This document shows, piece after piece, positions 12,179-26,062 of a stretch of 64,000 bases of DNA. Numbering within the stretch: position 1 is the first letter of the stretch; the number at the start of each line of letters is the position of its first letter. The stretch spans positions 67,394,001-67,458,000 of the forward strand of contig OX638152.1 of the NCBI GenBank assembly GCA_951804945.1, in the 5' to 3' direction. The notes beneath the pieces were generated by a model, which did not search any database, was not told the origin of the DNA, and worked only from the letters and a program-made list of their open reading frames with translations. The position numbers and the translations under genes were made by a program. This DNA comes from Podarcis cretensis. Lineage: Eukaryota.

Positions 12179-15100
12179 TCAAGTGTGCTGTAAATATGAC
12201 ATCTCTAGGTCTTAGTTTGTCAGAATTACCAGAAACTGTGTTTTGTGTGCAAGCTTGCCTATGGTTCAAGTGAAAATGTGCTTCTGCATATACAGTATGC
12301 AGAAAATCTCTTAGGGTCAAACCAGAGGTTTCATTTGTTGCATGAAAGCAACTACCATGCTTTTAACAAAGTAAACGGGAACACCTGTGCGGAAGCAGGA
12401 CTGTAGTGTGTGGGAAATGAGTTAATACTGTACTTCTTCCCACCATGGTTCCAACAAACTCCCCTTCCCAGCTACTATTAGCACTATGATTTTATGAAAA
12501 TGGGGCACGGAGGGAATGATAATTTAATCTCGCTCCCAGAAGCTACGTATTTGAGTTAAAAATAACAATATTATTTCACTTTACACAACCAAAATGCCTA
12601 AATGAACGAAACCTGAAAAGGAGACTCTGAGTTTGCATATTACTTAGTATACCCTATGAAAGTACTTCTCTTTTCCTAAGAACATGCAAGATGACTACTC
12701 TTCACGAAATAAAGCTCTTTCCTCAAATTTTTCCCCCACATTGAAAAAAGTTTCATACTTGTGCTTAATTAACTGGCAGCACAACCCTATCCTCAACTCA
12801 TGCTGGCTGGCCAAATCCCAGTGGAGCCCAAAGATATGCCAGCATCAGGGAGACGACATAGCACCACACTTATAATGGCACAAGTGCAATGCTTACACAA
12901 ACCCTAAAAGCAGGCAGCAACAGAGCCACAGTGGAGAAGGAATTGAATTTAGTCACAATCCTATGCTCACCTACAGATGGGTTTGACCACTGGTGACTAT
13001 AACACAGCGTTGCCATATTTTAAAAAGCTTTTTGGGCAAAGTTGTTGAGCTTTTCCTTAGGAAAATTGGCAAAATCAACACTGCTGACATTGGTTGCCAT
13101 ACAGATTTTCCTGCGCATTTAGCTGATTTCCACCCAGACACTCTTTTCGGATACAATATTTCAGGTATGTCCGAGAAATTCCAGACATATGGCAATCCTA
13201 TATAACATTATGTCATCAAAAGAGGTAGTAGAAGTTAAAAACAGTGCCATTATAGTGCAGAGACAAGAGTCATGGTTCAGATAAGGGCCATGCCCAGTCT
13301 AATCTGCAAATGCCAGAGACTGAATCTGGAGCCTTCTGCGTGGAAAGGAGGTGCTCTACTACTTAAAGTTGTTTTTTTTTAAAAAAAAAAATCTAATCTG
13401 CAATGTAGCAAATATAGACTTGGATATCATGAATATTTCCAATGTAGTTTTCAACACTTAAGCTGCTGACCACCTCTGTCATGACACACCTGCTTCCATC
13501 TGTTTGTGAACAACTAGATTGGAAATAATTAACTGGACAAGAAACTCAAGCTTTCAAAATGCTATAGCAGCTCACATTCAAGACTGACTTAAGAAAAGTG
13601 CGAGCGAAAGATCAAAAGATTGTGAGGGCAAAACTGAAAAATTTGAGAGACTGGTTTAAAAATATTTTAAATGAGAGCCAGAATTGCAAAACCTCAAAGC
13701 ATATTCTGCCCTTTATGTTCTTATATGGCTTATTTCTCAATATAAATTGAATCTTCAATGCTCTGTCATATGTGCACTTGAGCTGAAAAACTATGAATTG
13801 AAGGGAAAATCCAGCCACTTGCTACAACAGATTACTGCTGCTAAAAGATATTGCTCTCAATATGGAGTGGGCCAGCTCTAAGTGAGGCACTGCATAGAAA
13901 ATCTGGAGCTACTTAGGAAGAACAAGGGTTTTCGTGAACCCATCACCAATTTTTTTCCTTCTGAACAGCCAGTTACCATTCCAGGACAGACTGTGCTTTA
14001 AGTCCCTCTCCTACATTCCAGAAAATACTTTGCCCTGATTTTCATTTTGATCTTTGTGGAGTTTTGCCCCAGATTTTTTGTTCTGCACTTACCATCCTTA
14101 TCAACCCCCAGATGTACAATATTTGCCAGCGGTTCCATTGAATAGGGTAAAACCTTATTGGAGCATACCGACATTAAACAAAACCAGAACACACACACTC
14201 ACAGGTGGGCAAGCAGAATTACATTCATAGTTTTTGGAACAGAGCCTAGTTGCTGTTGCTATTCCTTCCACCTTTCTGCTACCATCTGTAAATATAAGCA
14301 GATGCCATTTTCTGGGGGCCACGTCAGCATTTTTCACAGATATGAACAAACATTGTGGCCCACTGCAGATGCTTTCAATGCTCATGTGATTAATGACTGT
14401 GATTGGACAAAGGCACAAATTCTATGTTCCAGCACCACCACGTGGGGCAGGGAAAGCATGCCCCCTTGCAATTTGCACAATTACAAGAGCTCAAAAACAG
14501 GTCCTTACAACTGCAACACTGTGTGCCTATTGACATTGTGAAGACATTATATCATACAGTTTAATTTATGCCCTTGCATATAGGTCTGTGTAGTTCATGA
14601 TAAAAACAAGTTACATAATTGAACCCTGGGATATTTGAAAATTAAAAAATAAAAATTTAAAAAACATTGTCCTTAATAAAACACTTTCCTATGCATGAAT
14701 AAAAGCTCTTTACTCTAAACATGGGGGAGTTTATGTTTATAAAAACAACAAGTACCATATTCTTTAAAAAAAATTAAATTTATATACCGCCCCTCATTCG
14801 AAGCTCTCAGTGTGGTTCACAAGATAGATAGCTAAAACTAAAGCAAAACATAACAATAACCCGCTCTCCCACAAACACATTTAAAAGGCTGTAGAATATT
14901 AATCAGCCAAAGGCCTGGTGCGCTACTTGAGGTTTAGTTTAGAATTATGTCTGAGCCTGGACTCATGGATTATCTTCCCCAGACCAAAAGCAAACTTTGA
15001 TTACACCTTGTGGTTTGCCTTGACAAACAACAAGTTCAGGTTCAAATGCAATGCTAAGCCAAACTATCATTTAGCCCTTGGGTAGCACAGCACAGAAGGA

Positions 15101-16795
15101 CAAAGGAGAAGTGCAGTGGCTGTGATCTTCATACGATTGCCCATTTGGCTTAGTGCGACAGGTAATCTGGGTCATGGAGTATGAATACAGAAAGCTGCCT
15201 TACCCAGAATCAACCTAGGCCATCTAGTACAGCATTGTTTAATTCTGAAAGAAAGTCAAAACTCCAAGGTCTTAGACAAGGATCTTTATCTGTCATGCTA
15301 CTGGGAAACTGATAATCTGGGGCATCAAGGATTTGAGGTCTACTATTTGGCAATGGTCCTTCCCTTTGTTCAGCAAGATCACAAAGCAAAATCAGCCCCT
15401 GCATCCATTTCTCACAATATTATCAAGATGTTGGACTAGGTGTTGGACTATAAAACAATATCAAATGTTGGAAAAGGCATCTCTATCCACTGTATTAAGC
15501 CAATAGTTATTCACTATACAACATGCTGTATCCCCACAGAAAATAATGGTATAGGAGCATTTTCCATGACAACACTGTACAGTTTGGAATAAGGAAAATA
15601 CCAGCAAACATCCCATCACAGCAATAACTATTCTGAGAATCTAGCATCAATTAGCAACCCAGTATTTCAAACATAGGGTTATAGCCAATGTTAGTCCTCC
15701 TCATAATAAAGCCTTTGAAACTGATGAACATAGCAATTCCAATTGCTCCTCCAAAGAAAACCTGGTTGGATATGATCCATTATTTTTACTTCTTGTTCCC
15801 CATATGAAGATTTTAAAAATTATTAATGTCTTTGCTAGAATAGTTTCAGCAGATGTTTCATAACACTGCAAACACAAAATTTGGGTAGGAATTATGCACG
15901 TGTCCTTCCAAGGCTATATTCCTGGATTATAGTATGACAACAGCAGATACACTACTTACTTGGAGTCCCTTTAAAGTCAGGTCACACATGATTGGCCATA
16001 AAAGAAAGTGATGTTGCTACAACAACAGTAGCCACCTATTGAGCAGCAATTTCGTATCAGCATCTCATTAAGTTCCAACAAGCATAAACCTGATAGTATC
16101 AAGTTGATGCAGGTGACAGACTTGTTCCACAGGTATACAGCTTTACAAAAATTCATAGTTCAGGTTTCCTGGAGAGGTTCCATCAGATCAAATTAGGTTA
16201 GCATTCCATCTAAAACACTACCTTCAGATGCTTCAGATGAAATTCTGAGACATGTACTGTGGGCGATAATAAAATAATGTATTTGCGATGTGCATTTTCT
16301 CCAGCATTCAGATCTGAATACTGTCTGGCTAAAAATGGTCTGTAGTAATTTTGCATTTCTAATTATAGCTACTAGCTATTAACTCATTGCTGCATGAGAT
16401 TAATCACGTCCTAAACTTGTAAGTGTGATGTAACCTCATGGTAGACATTTGGACTTTTAGTTCAATATTGCTTCTTCCATAGAGCTTTGAGATAGCAACT
16501 TGATAAAATTAAAACCACTTTCATAGTGGTATTCAAAGCAATATAAAGCCTATTTCCTGTGGGTGTTATGCCTATGTGAAAAACAGGAATTCAGTTTTAA
16601 AATATGCTTGTATCAGATTTGTAAATAGACATACAGGAAGTACAGTAGATACATAATCTAATTTCACCTTTCCTGAACTGTACACCACCCACAAACAGAT
16701 GGATTCTATGTGAAGCACAATTCCTTCACCCATCAATTTTTCCATACACGTTTGGGAATGGCCTTTTTTCACAGCTAACCTCACCTTCCTTAACT

Positions 16796-16960
16796 TTATT
16801 TATGTATGTATGTATGCATGTATGTATGTATGTATTTAGTATACCGCCCTATATCCGCAGGTCTCAGGGAAGTTCACAGGATAAAATCACAACATAAAAA
16901 CACAGAATACATAATCAAAATAAAAACAAGAACAACCCAATCACACACAACCCAATTTTT
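16796..16960 (-). mobile_element. L2-type 3' end with (TATG)n tail
   Basis: TATACCGCCCTAT...TCTCAGGGAAGTTCACA next to a microsatellite tail; a similar copy lies at ~14775-14920. Confidence 0.55.
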
Positions 16961-19278
16961 TTTAAGGGCACTGAATGTCAGGAATTGAACGTCAGAAAAG
17001 TATGTCTTTGTACATTATTAGCAGATGTTTCCTTCCTTGGTTCATCTCTTTTTCTGTGAATGTGGATATCTCCAAAACTTCCATTTCCTTCCTCCATCTC
17101 CTTGCCCTTCTGTTTTCCAGTGAAATTGGCAAGGTCAAGAGAAAAACCTTGATTTTTATTTCTTATCACAGCACCATTGCACTTTTTTTAAAAGAAAAAG
17201 AAAAGCCGGCCATGTTTCCATAAAATTGACAAAACCTTCCCCCTAAACTTGTTAACCTCACTGAAGATTGGAGTGGCAATGGTGAAGGAAATGAAAGAAA
17301 AATCTAATGCAGAAAGATGCACATTATCAGAGTTACAGCCAAGGTTTTTTTTTTCAGGCAGAGGTCACCAGAGCTCAGCTCCAGTACCTCTCAGGTAGAC
17401 ACCATTTCCATTCTAAGAGAACAAGGGAGAAGTTCACGGTGAGCTCCAGGACCTCTTTTCCCAGAAAAATAGCATGGTTACAGCCACATAGTGACAGTAA
17501 TCCTGCACTGTAAACTTACCAAAATCTTACAGTGTTCTGATGACAAAACATTGAAAGACCACCCGGCAAGACAACAGCAGAGACTTCAAACTAGATTACG
17601 TATTACCATAGTCTCTCAAAGATCACCTGTACTCCAAAATTAAGCCAGGGCATCTAAACATAGGTATCCTGCATGCAAATTTCAAACAGCTCTAAGATTT
17701 CTTCAGATGCTAGGTACTAATGAGGAAACATTTTAACACTCAGTAACTTCAACTGACAGATTTATTTCAAAATACATAAGCTATCTATTAAATGCAGTTG
17801 AAAGTCTTTTCCTGAAATGGGTGCTTCCTCCTGCCATCAGCAGCAAAGCTAACATACAAAATTGTCACCTCATATTCCTAGCACATTTTTAAAGCATTTA
17901 TTTCCTAATGGTTAAAAAAGAAAGTTTTGTTTGTCTTAGAGCAAACTGATAAAAAGAAATGTTGAATAATGAAATCATATATAGCAGTTCATATGATTAC
18001 CACATAAATTAACACACACACCCGAATTCTGTGGTATCAATGAATTACTTAATGCTATAGCTGAGCATTTTAAGCATAACTTATAAAATTAAGAACAAAA
18101 AACAGAAGACTGTAATGTTCTACACAGAAAAATAAAAACCTGAAAAGCTTTCTTATCACAAATATGTTTTTAAAGATGCATAAAAAGAACCTAATATGTT
18201 GCTGAGAAAGCCCAAGATGGTACTGTATTACACTAAGCAATGAACTACTACTAATTCACAAAAAGCCAAATACAACACAACCCAACACAACACAACACAA
18301 TACTCCATGTTGGTCTATAAGGAAAAAATCTAACATCAACTGTCAGGCAATCTACACTATTAACAAAATAGTGGGCAAGCTTTCAAGTTTTTCAGAGCTA
18401 TTCATCAGGCTGGATGTTTGGATGTTAAGCAAAGTGGTATGGCTGTGTGCATGAGAGAAAAGAAACCAGTTTGAAGTTGAAGCTACAAAGTCTGCATTTT
18501 TAGTCAAAGTCATATGATGGAGTGTAAGAGGAGATAGCAGGCTTAAAGGGATTAGTCTCTACCAGGTGCTATGCAGGCTTCAAATTACACCTATGAAACA
18601 GACGGTAGCTGATCCCCCATTTTTAATAATATAACATCCAGCAGCTCTGCCTCCAGCTTTAAGTGAAACAGACAGGTTCCTTGTTAGGTTGAGAACTCAA
18701 GCAAAACAAAGAACAAAAAATGGCAGTTTCTATATTACCAAAGCTGGAGCTTAACTTTATGTTGAGTACTAAGTAATAGGAGTCATTATTACCCAAACTG
18801 GGTAACGTTACCTACTGACTGTAGAATGCTACCCTCAAATACTCTACAAAATCACCCAACCAACAGAGACCAGCCTTGCTGTTCAGTTCCATAAGCACTG
18901 CTTTCATCAGGGCTAGCACAAGGATTCAGGGGGCCATCTGCATGTCCTGCTGATGCCTGCTGTCCGTCCCCTCTATAGGTCTATAGATAGGGTTTTAAGG
19001 ATTATAATGTACCTCAAATGCAGGGCATTGCATTTGAGATACATTATGATAGTGGGCAGCCAACCACAGATGGAACCCAAGCTTCACTCATTCATAGCTG
19101 CTGGCCACTGAAACAGTTATGTAGGGGCCCAGTGGTGAAAGGAGTGATGACATGGCTTGCACAGGCTGGTAAGGAAGTCTTCTGAGCACCTAGAGCCCTT
19201 GGCCAGTACCTGACCTTGCTGACTACTGGTGCCAGGTCTAGCTTTGTGCTCTAGCTGCCTGAACTGCTACAACCTTTA

Positions 19279-19650
19279 AAAGGTAAAGGTAAAGGTACCC
19301 CTGCCCATACGGGCCAGTCTTGACAGACTCTGGGGTTGTGCGCCCATCTCACTTAAGAGGCCAGGGGCCAGCGCTGTCCGGAGACACTTCCGGGTCACGT
19401 GGCCAGCGTGACATCGCTGCTCTGGCCAGAGCCAGAGCCAGAGCCAGAGCCGCACACGGAAACGCCGTTTACCTTCCCGCTGGTAAGCGGTCCCTATTTA
19501 TCTACTTGCACCCGGAGGTGCTTTCGAACTGCTAGGTTGGCAGGCGCTGGGACCGAGCAGCGGGAGCGCACCCGCCGCAGGGATTCGAACCGCCGACCTT
19601 TCGATCGGCAAGTCCTAGGCGCTGAGGCTTTAACCCACAGCGCCACCTGC
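19279..19650 (-). mobile_element. Sauria SINE with 15-bp TSD
   Basis: TSD CTGCTACAACCTTTA at 19264-19278 and 19647-19661; internal (CCAGAG)4. Confidence 0.92.
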
Positions 19651-22479
19651 TACAACCTTTAGGACTCATCTAACCTGGAGAACATTTGAGGCTTGAATTA
19701 CAATAGTATTCAGTGTTCATCCAACTTTTACAAGTCTGCATACCTCAAATTTGACCTGCTTCCATCTGCACTACTAGAAGGATCATTACAATGTAAGGGT
19801 GACAACTTTTCCCCATAATGACATTCCTTCTTATCTCTCATTTTTTAAAAAGGACTTAGGACAAGCACTGTGCATTTTTGCAAGTGTCAAAAACTAATGA
19901 AGATTTTATGTACGGCTAGTTCAAACCATATTCTTTACCTAGGTCTGAGAAAGATTTTTTTAAATCTACCACTTCTGTATAGATAACATCAAGCAACAAT
20001 GCAAGAACCAAAACTGGCATGTTCAAAGATAAGCTTTTCTTTACATCATAAACCACAGGAAGAGGTTTGCAAAGGAAAAATGTATTTCTGTGCACTGGAT
20101 CAGGGCCACTATTCGCTCTCCTGAAAGGTGATTAGCACAATGCAGAGGAACAATGTTTGGTGGAATAATTTATAGATAACATTTTACGCAAATGATATCT
20201 CAGAATGACATCTCAAAAACTTAACACAGAACCACTTGAAAGAGTAACAAGTGCCCATATTGGTACAGCAGCAAGCAACAAACAACAGACAGTTTCTAGG
20301 GAAACAGGGGACAATTATTAGTGCCTTTAAGGCCTGGCTAGCTTTACCTGCATCCCAACCTAGATTTTAAAATACTTCTTGCTATATGATTTACAACAAG
20401 TGTTTTGAAGTTATATTCTTATATATGAACTACAGTCTGTGTGTTTCTCTACCTTTTCACATACTATTAGAAGCTTTGTGATAATGAATCAATACTGCAT
20501 GGTTCCACAGGCAAAAAACAATAAAACCCCAGGGAGGTTGGTGCCCAAATTGTTGCAGATATGCAATCAGTTTAAAATACAGTTGTGTCTATTGAAATGG
20601 GTAGAAATGTAGATCCAGTTGAGAAATATCATTAATAAATCTGGGGGTATATCAGCCTTTCCAACCCCCACCCCTATCCCCAAGAACATTCTGTTCTAAT
20701 CCACTAACAAAAATGAGAACAGGAACATATGACTATGTCCGGATCTGCACAGTATGGGCGCAGAAGGCAGCTGCTGTGGGGTGGGGGTGGGGTAGAGAAC
20801 TATAGAATCCATTAACTGGCTTTTGTGTAAACTTTACTCTTTGGCTACAATCCTGAACTTACTTGATCAGAAATAAAACCAACTTCAATCAATAGAAGTT
20901 GTCTGTGTATGACTGATGCCAGAAGAACACTGTCTGTTGCATCCACTTTTTTATTTTATTTTTTTGATGTCTACTTATCCTCTTGGTTCAGTGGATTGGG
21001 AATGGGGAAATGAAATGCTGTTTGGGCACATTCCTTTTCTTCCTTTGACAGTTCTAATTATTTCCAAGTTAGGTTACAGTGGGCTGGAGGTCTCAAAATG
21101 TGGAAACAGCAGTGGATGTACAGTTCTCTACTGAATTTGGTGTTCTTTGAATCAAGCAAACAACTTGATTCTCAAAGGCAACTAAAAACTCAACTTCTTC
21201 TACTCTTGTAACTGGAGTGGTATGCATGAGTAACGTTTCATTTGTATCCCAAAGGATCTCAACCTTTAATTCATCCCAAAATAACACAAATGCATACCAC
21301 AAGTGTCTATCTTCCACTACTAGCAAAAATATTAGCCCCTTGAAGGTGAAATAGCATCTATTGTTAGTGCAATATTTTTAAATTAATATTTAAAGTAACG
21401 ATGTTAAACTCAGGAGCAAAATTTTCAGAGGCTACTACTTGCCAAAAAATATTTTTTTAAAAAAAAGCAACAGGAAATGTCTATTATATAAAGACAGCTG
21501 CAACATTTTTGCAGCTGGTAGAGGAGGAGGTATATATCAAACAATAACAAACTGTGTGCCTTTACAGCTGCAAGTTACTACAGTTTTCATTTGTTTTCAC
21601 CTCCCTTTGTAGACTTGCAGAGGAAATAAAGGATGTGGGATGATGAGACAGCATAAAACTAAGGCTCCCTTCCATTGCAATCTACAATCTGACTCCCAGT
21701 GTGAAAAATTAGGAGTTACAATACATGTGAACTACATGACGGAATGAACAGCATTCTGGAATCAAACACCAAGTACCAATAGGTGCATTAGGTAACAAAA
21801 TTCAAAAACAATTCGGAAGTGAGATAGGAGCTGTAATGAGATCTACTCTTGTGTGGGTTTTATTAGGATTACTTCTTGCAAAGATCAAACCAAGAATCTG
21901 TATACAGGGCAATGGGAACTAATGGGTGAATTTGCTTATTCTGTCCTCAAGATGTTCTTGAGTATAAAATAAACAGCAGTTCACTTTTACAAGCTAACAG
22001 CACCCATATTTTCTACAACTCTGTACTGAAAAGGTTTGTCTACCTATACTCTGCAATCTGACAGGAGCCACAGTTTAAACACCACTCCCTGTACTCAAAG
22101 CATGTGTGCACCTTACTAACGAAAGGAGACAGAAGAAACAGAACAAGAGCGTACAAAACACCAAAACAAAAAAAAAAAAAAACGTTGACACAGAGAAAGA
22201 CAACAGAAATGTGTTCTTGCACCACATATCAAGGTTTGCAAAGGGGGTGCAGGAAAGAAGATCGCCTTCTTTTCCAAAACCGCACAACTGGACTCGTCAT
22301 GAGGCTGGGGGCACATCAGACAGGCGAATCACACAACCTCGTGGGAGAAAGTCACAGCATCTCTCTATTTTTAGGCACAACCAGAGTGCAACTCTCCGAC
22401 CTGGGGGAAAAAACCTCACCCGCTAATAGTTAGGATGAAGGCACTCTGCACATGCCCAGAAGACACTCTGCACGTGTGT

Positions 22480-23400
22480 GTGTGAGAGTGTTTGCGCGCC
22501 CCTCCTACTACTTTACCTGATGAAGCGTCTCGGCAGGCAGCTGCGACGCCCGGAACAACTCCGCCACTTTGCTCCCTTCGGCGGCGGCGGCGGCGGCGGC
22601 GGCTGGGGTCGCTCCCGCCGGTCCCCCCGCCTCGGGCGCAGCTTGGCCGCCGCCGCCGCAAAGCGAGAACAGCTCGGAGTAGCCCTGCTGCTCGCTCGCA
22701 GCCAGGAAGAGCGCCGCGGCTCCGGCGGCGGCTGCCGCTGCTCCAGGCTCCATGGCAGCGGGGAATCAGGCAGGGGGCGGCGCGACTCCCGAGGCCGGGA
22801 GAGAAACTCCTGGCGGCGGGCGAGAGGGGCGAGCGAGGAGCCTCTGCAGCAGCCCCGGCTGAACCTCGTCCTCCGTCCGGCGGCGGCGGCCTCCCCCGCC
22901 GCCGCCTCCTCCTCCCCAGTGCGGAGCGGAGCTGCCTCTGCAGTGCTGCCCGAGGGGGGAGGCGGAGGAGGAGGAGGCGGCGGCGGGAGACGGAGAGAAG
23001 CTTTCTTCTTCTTCGCGCCTTCTTCTTCTGCTTCCCTCAGAGGTTTTCCTCAGAAAGCCGAGAGCGGGAAGCAGCGGCGGCGGCGGCGGCAGCTGCTCGG
23101 GAAAGGGAAGGGGAGGGAAGGGGAAGAAAAAAAGCTTCCTCAGGGCACGTGCCCAAAACGGCGTTCCCGCTCCGCAGCCTCCACCTCCACACGCCGGGCT
23201 GGAGCAGGAGGCAACCGCCGCCGACGCCGCCTCCGTGGGGTGAGGGGGGTGAGAGCCACACTCTGAGGAGAAACGCTAGACGCCCACATGGCCACCTCAG
23301 GGACGGGCTTGCTTGACCCTGACGCCCTGCTCTTCGAAGAATGGCGCAGTAGGGCTGCGCATCTGAGCATGTGCAGAGAGCCCTCCCCCCCCCCATGAAA
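22480..23400 (-). promoter_or_regulatory. REPS2 CpG island, GC-rich 5'UTR and promoter
   Basis: Very high GC/CpG content with several (GGC)n tracts; YY1-like and NRF1-like motifs at about 23336-23375. Confidence 0.75.
22517..22753 (-). CDS. REPS2: REPS2 (RALBP1-associated Eps domain-containing 2 / POB1) coding exon 1; exon 2 not found in the window
   Basis: MEPGAAAAAA...SEQQGYSELFSLC...VAELFRASQLPAETLHQ|gtaaag matches the recalled human REPS2 N-terminus (EQQCYSELFARC...VADLFRASQLPAETLHQ); synteny agrees. Confidence 0.92.
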
Positions 23401-23582
23401 AAAGCAGCCCCACAGCGTTTAAATCTCTCTGGCATCTGGGCACCAAGGTGTGCCCAGCAGAGGCCACCTGGGGTTAGCTGTGGACTTTCCTCTCACCTGA
23501 AGACTTAACTCGAAGCCCAGTTCAGAGGGTGGGTGCAGGTGACCGTGGGGTAAAAGTCTTAGCAAAATGGATACTTCTTGGC

Positions 23583-23714
23583 CAGTGCTGTTTTTCTAGG
23601 GGGAGAAAGGGGGTGCCGGAACTCACCAGGGACACCTCTCTCTTAGAATAGCAATGGCACCCACTTGAGAGGTTATGGAACTGAGTTCCGGTGAGTACCC
23701 CTGAAAAAGCCCTG
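23583..23714. mobile_element. Short MITE (inverted relative at ~17340-17475)
   Basis: Ends CAGTGCTGTTTTT...GAAAAAGCCCTG; interior shared, in reverse orientation, with 17340-17475. Confidence 0.55.
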
Positions 23715-25938
23715 GTCTTGGCAAGGGTGCCCATTTGAATGAAATATTGGGGGGGGGGGTCCAAAGAGACCCCACGTCGCATAATCGATCACAAGATGCG
23801 GCGCACGCACACCATTTGAATGGCAATGCCTATCTATTTGGGGTGGGCACCCCCTCACATATTTTATTGGGAAGACCAGAGGGATATCAGCCCCCAGGAG
23901 TTTGGTCTTGGAGAACAACATGGTTTTCCAGAAGTAGTGCAAAAACCCTTGTGCTCAAGCTTTTATTTTGGTGGGCCAGGGAAAGGTGACCAACAGGGCA
24001 AGAAGATTTTGCAGTTAACATAACTACCTCAGGTACTTGGAGTGGGATATAAATAGACATGCAGTTTAAAACTGGTTTGATGACATTGGGTTGCTTTGAG
24101 TTTTTGGCTTGCTTTGAAAACTGCTTTAGAGAACCCTATCTTTAGAAAAGTGATTATTAAATAAATAACAGGGAAGAGAGAATGGCCTGCAGTGAAGTTT
24201 TCAGACAAACACCTGCTGTCTTCTCGGTTAAAACCTACTATGCTCCTGTTTGCCTTTTAAAAACAACCTGCTGGGTGTGCAGTGCATTCCACTGCAAAGA
24301 TGGCAGATTTGCAGGGATAGACCATTTTCCCAGTATGTTATGTTATTTTGCCTTTACTACACGTAGACCTCAAATAACCCACCCTACTGACATAAGAAAC
24401 CATTCAAGTTTAACAGATGGAGGATTATATTTTAATAGGAATTGTTTCTTGAACTACAGAAGAGTTATTAACAGACAGAAATAAAATGAAACATATTTTA
24501 ATACTTGTTTATGCTTCGATTCTCCACATACCTGACAATCAGAATGGAGATGAGAAGAAAAAAGAAGATGTAAGGAGAAACAGTGTTTGGGTTAGTTTCA
24601 ATGGTATAGAAAACTGAGGAAATGTTTAAGTTGATATTGCATCCTTTTATTAACCTTCTGTTGCAGGCATTTGTGCCTTAGGCCAAATGAAAACATACAC
24701 AGCCAACTGCATATTTAAGTATGGCCACAGCTGTAGAAAGTTAAATATGTGCTTATGGCTCGAACCTCAGCTAATAAATGTGCATAAAAACAAAATAATC
24801 AGTCTTATTTGGCAATGAATCACATTTGGTGGAATACTATCATGCATAAATTAAACAGTTCTATCAGACCTTTCTTTAAGATCATAGTTGAGCAAATGTG
24901 TGAACCAGTATTGCCACCACACATGAATTTGAACAAGTTAATTTTTAGCTAGCCGTTCATCACCAAATTAGATCCTAAACAATCCAGAAACTATTCAGTC
25001 CAATTTCACAAAATGTAAGACTGGTAAATATGTCAATAATGATTGACAGGAAGTTGATAAACTCAGCACTCATATTAGCGATTTTGTTCCTTGTTAAATT
25101 GTCAGCTAATGTAAAGTCAATTTTAAAAACATTTTCTACTGTACTTTTCAGTGTTTTACATTTATTCTAACCACAACCTTTCTCAAGGCCACCACATATG
25201 TTCTATGAAGATACAAGCCTCGATTTAGTCAACAGGTTGTCATCCACTGCAGCATATTAGTCACCAGTTTTGAAATTGTCATACTTCGTCACCAGCAGTT
25301 AGTTGCCTTTCCAAATTACCCATTTCCAAATTATTACAACTATGACCATCAATTTCACATTTATAATAAAAATGAGTTTATTTCAAGTTTTAGATGACTT
25401 ACGCTGAATAATGAAATGGCAAGGTAATATGCTATGCCAAGTATATTCAATGGCTTTGTTATTTTCTGCAATAATTCCTGCAGTTTCACACAGTGGAAAT
25501 GGCATGATCTCAATCCCATACATTCACATTGTCCAAGCACATATTAGAAAAGGGGTACTATCCTAAGTTTCTTTTATAGGTCTATAAAAAGGTAAATAGT
25601 TAAGCAGGGGCAGGTACAGCAAAGACACCTGGTAATCCAGGCACAACAAAATCTAGGTTTGCAAGTAAAGCTCAATACAAATAGAAAATATGCAAGCAGT
25701 TCCTATGCAAATATTCATCCAAGGAGCATGTGAGTTTTATACTGGATTAGAGCCATATTGGTCCTGCTGATGTTAACAGAATGTCTTTATGGCTGCTTTA
25801 TACAATTACTAGGAGGATAGCACACCAGTATATGGCAGCTGTGAATAATATGAATTCCATTTTTGTATCGTTAAGGAAGGAATCAAACAAACAAACATAC
25901 AACTGCTAATATGCTATTACAGAAAATCTGGAAAGAGA

Positions 25939-26062
25939 CTACACTTAGAATATTTTGTTCAGTTCTGGTCTCCACATCTCAAGAAGGATATTGTAGAGCT
26001 GGAACCCGTGCATTAAGGTCAACCAAAATGATCAAGGGGCTGTAGCAACTCCCTTACAAGGA
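25939..26062 (+). mobile_element. CR1 LINE ORF2 fragment
   Basis: Encodes the degenerate CR1 motif LEYFVQFWSPHLKKDIVELE...TKMIKGL. Confidence 0.75.

Noticed and set aside
1-22516. Search for REPS2 exon 2 (ITELCGAKRVGYFG...) or a nested gene
   Set aside because: Not seen. The short ORFs are random or repeat-derived, so the region is treated as intron 1.
22478-23316. Long + strand ORFs (262 and 274 aa)
   Set aside because: Non-ATG starts and low-complexity Gly/Arg/Ala translation; these are stop-poor shadows of the REPS2 CpG island.
24459-24473. RRVIN resembling RBBP7 ERVINEEY
   Set aside because: Only four residues match, flanks do not, and it is too close to the HIPDN hit to represent a separate exon.
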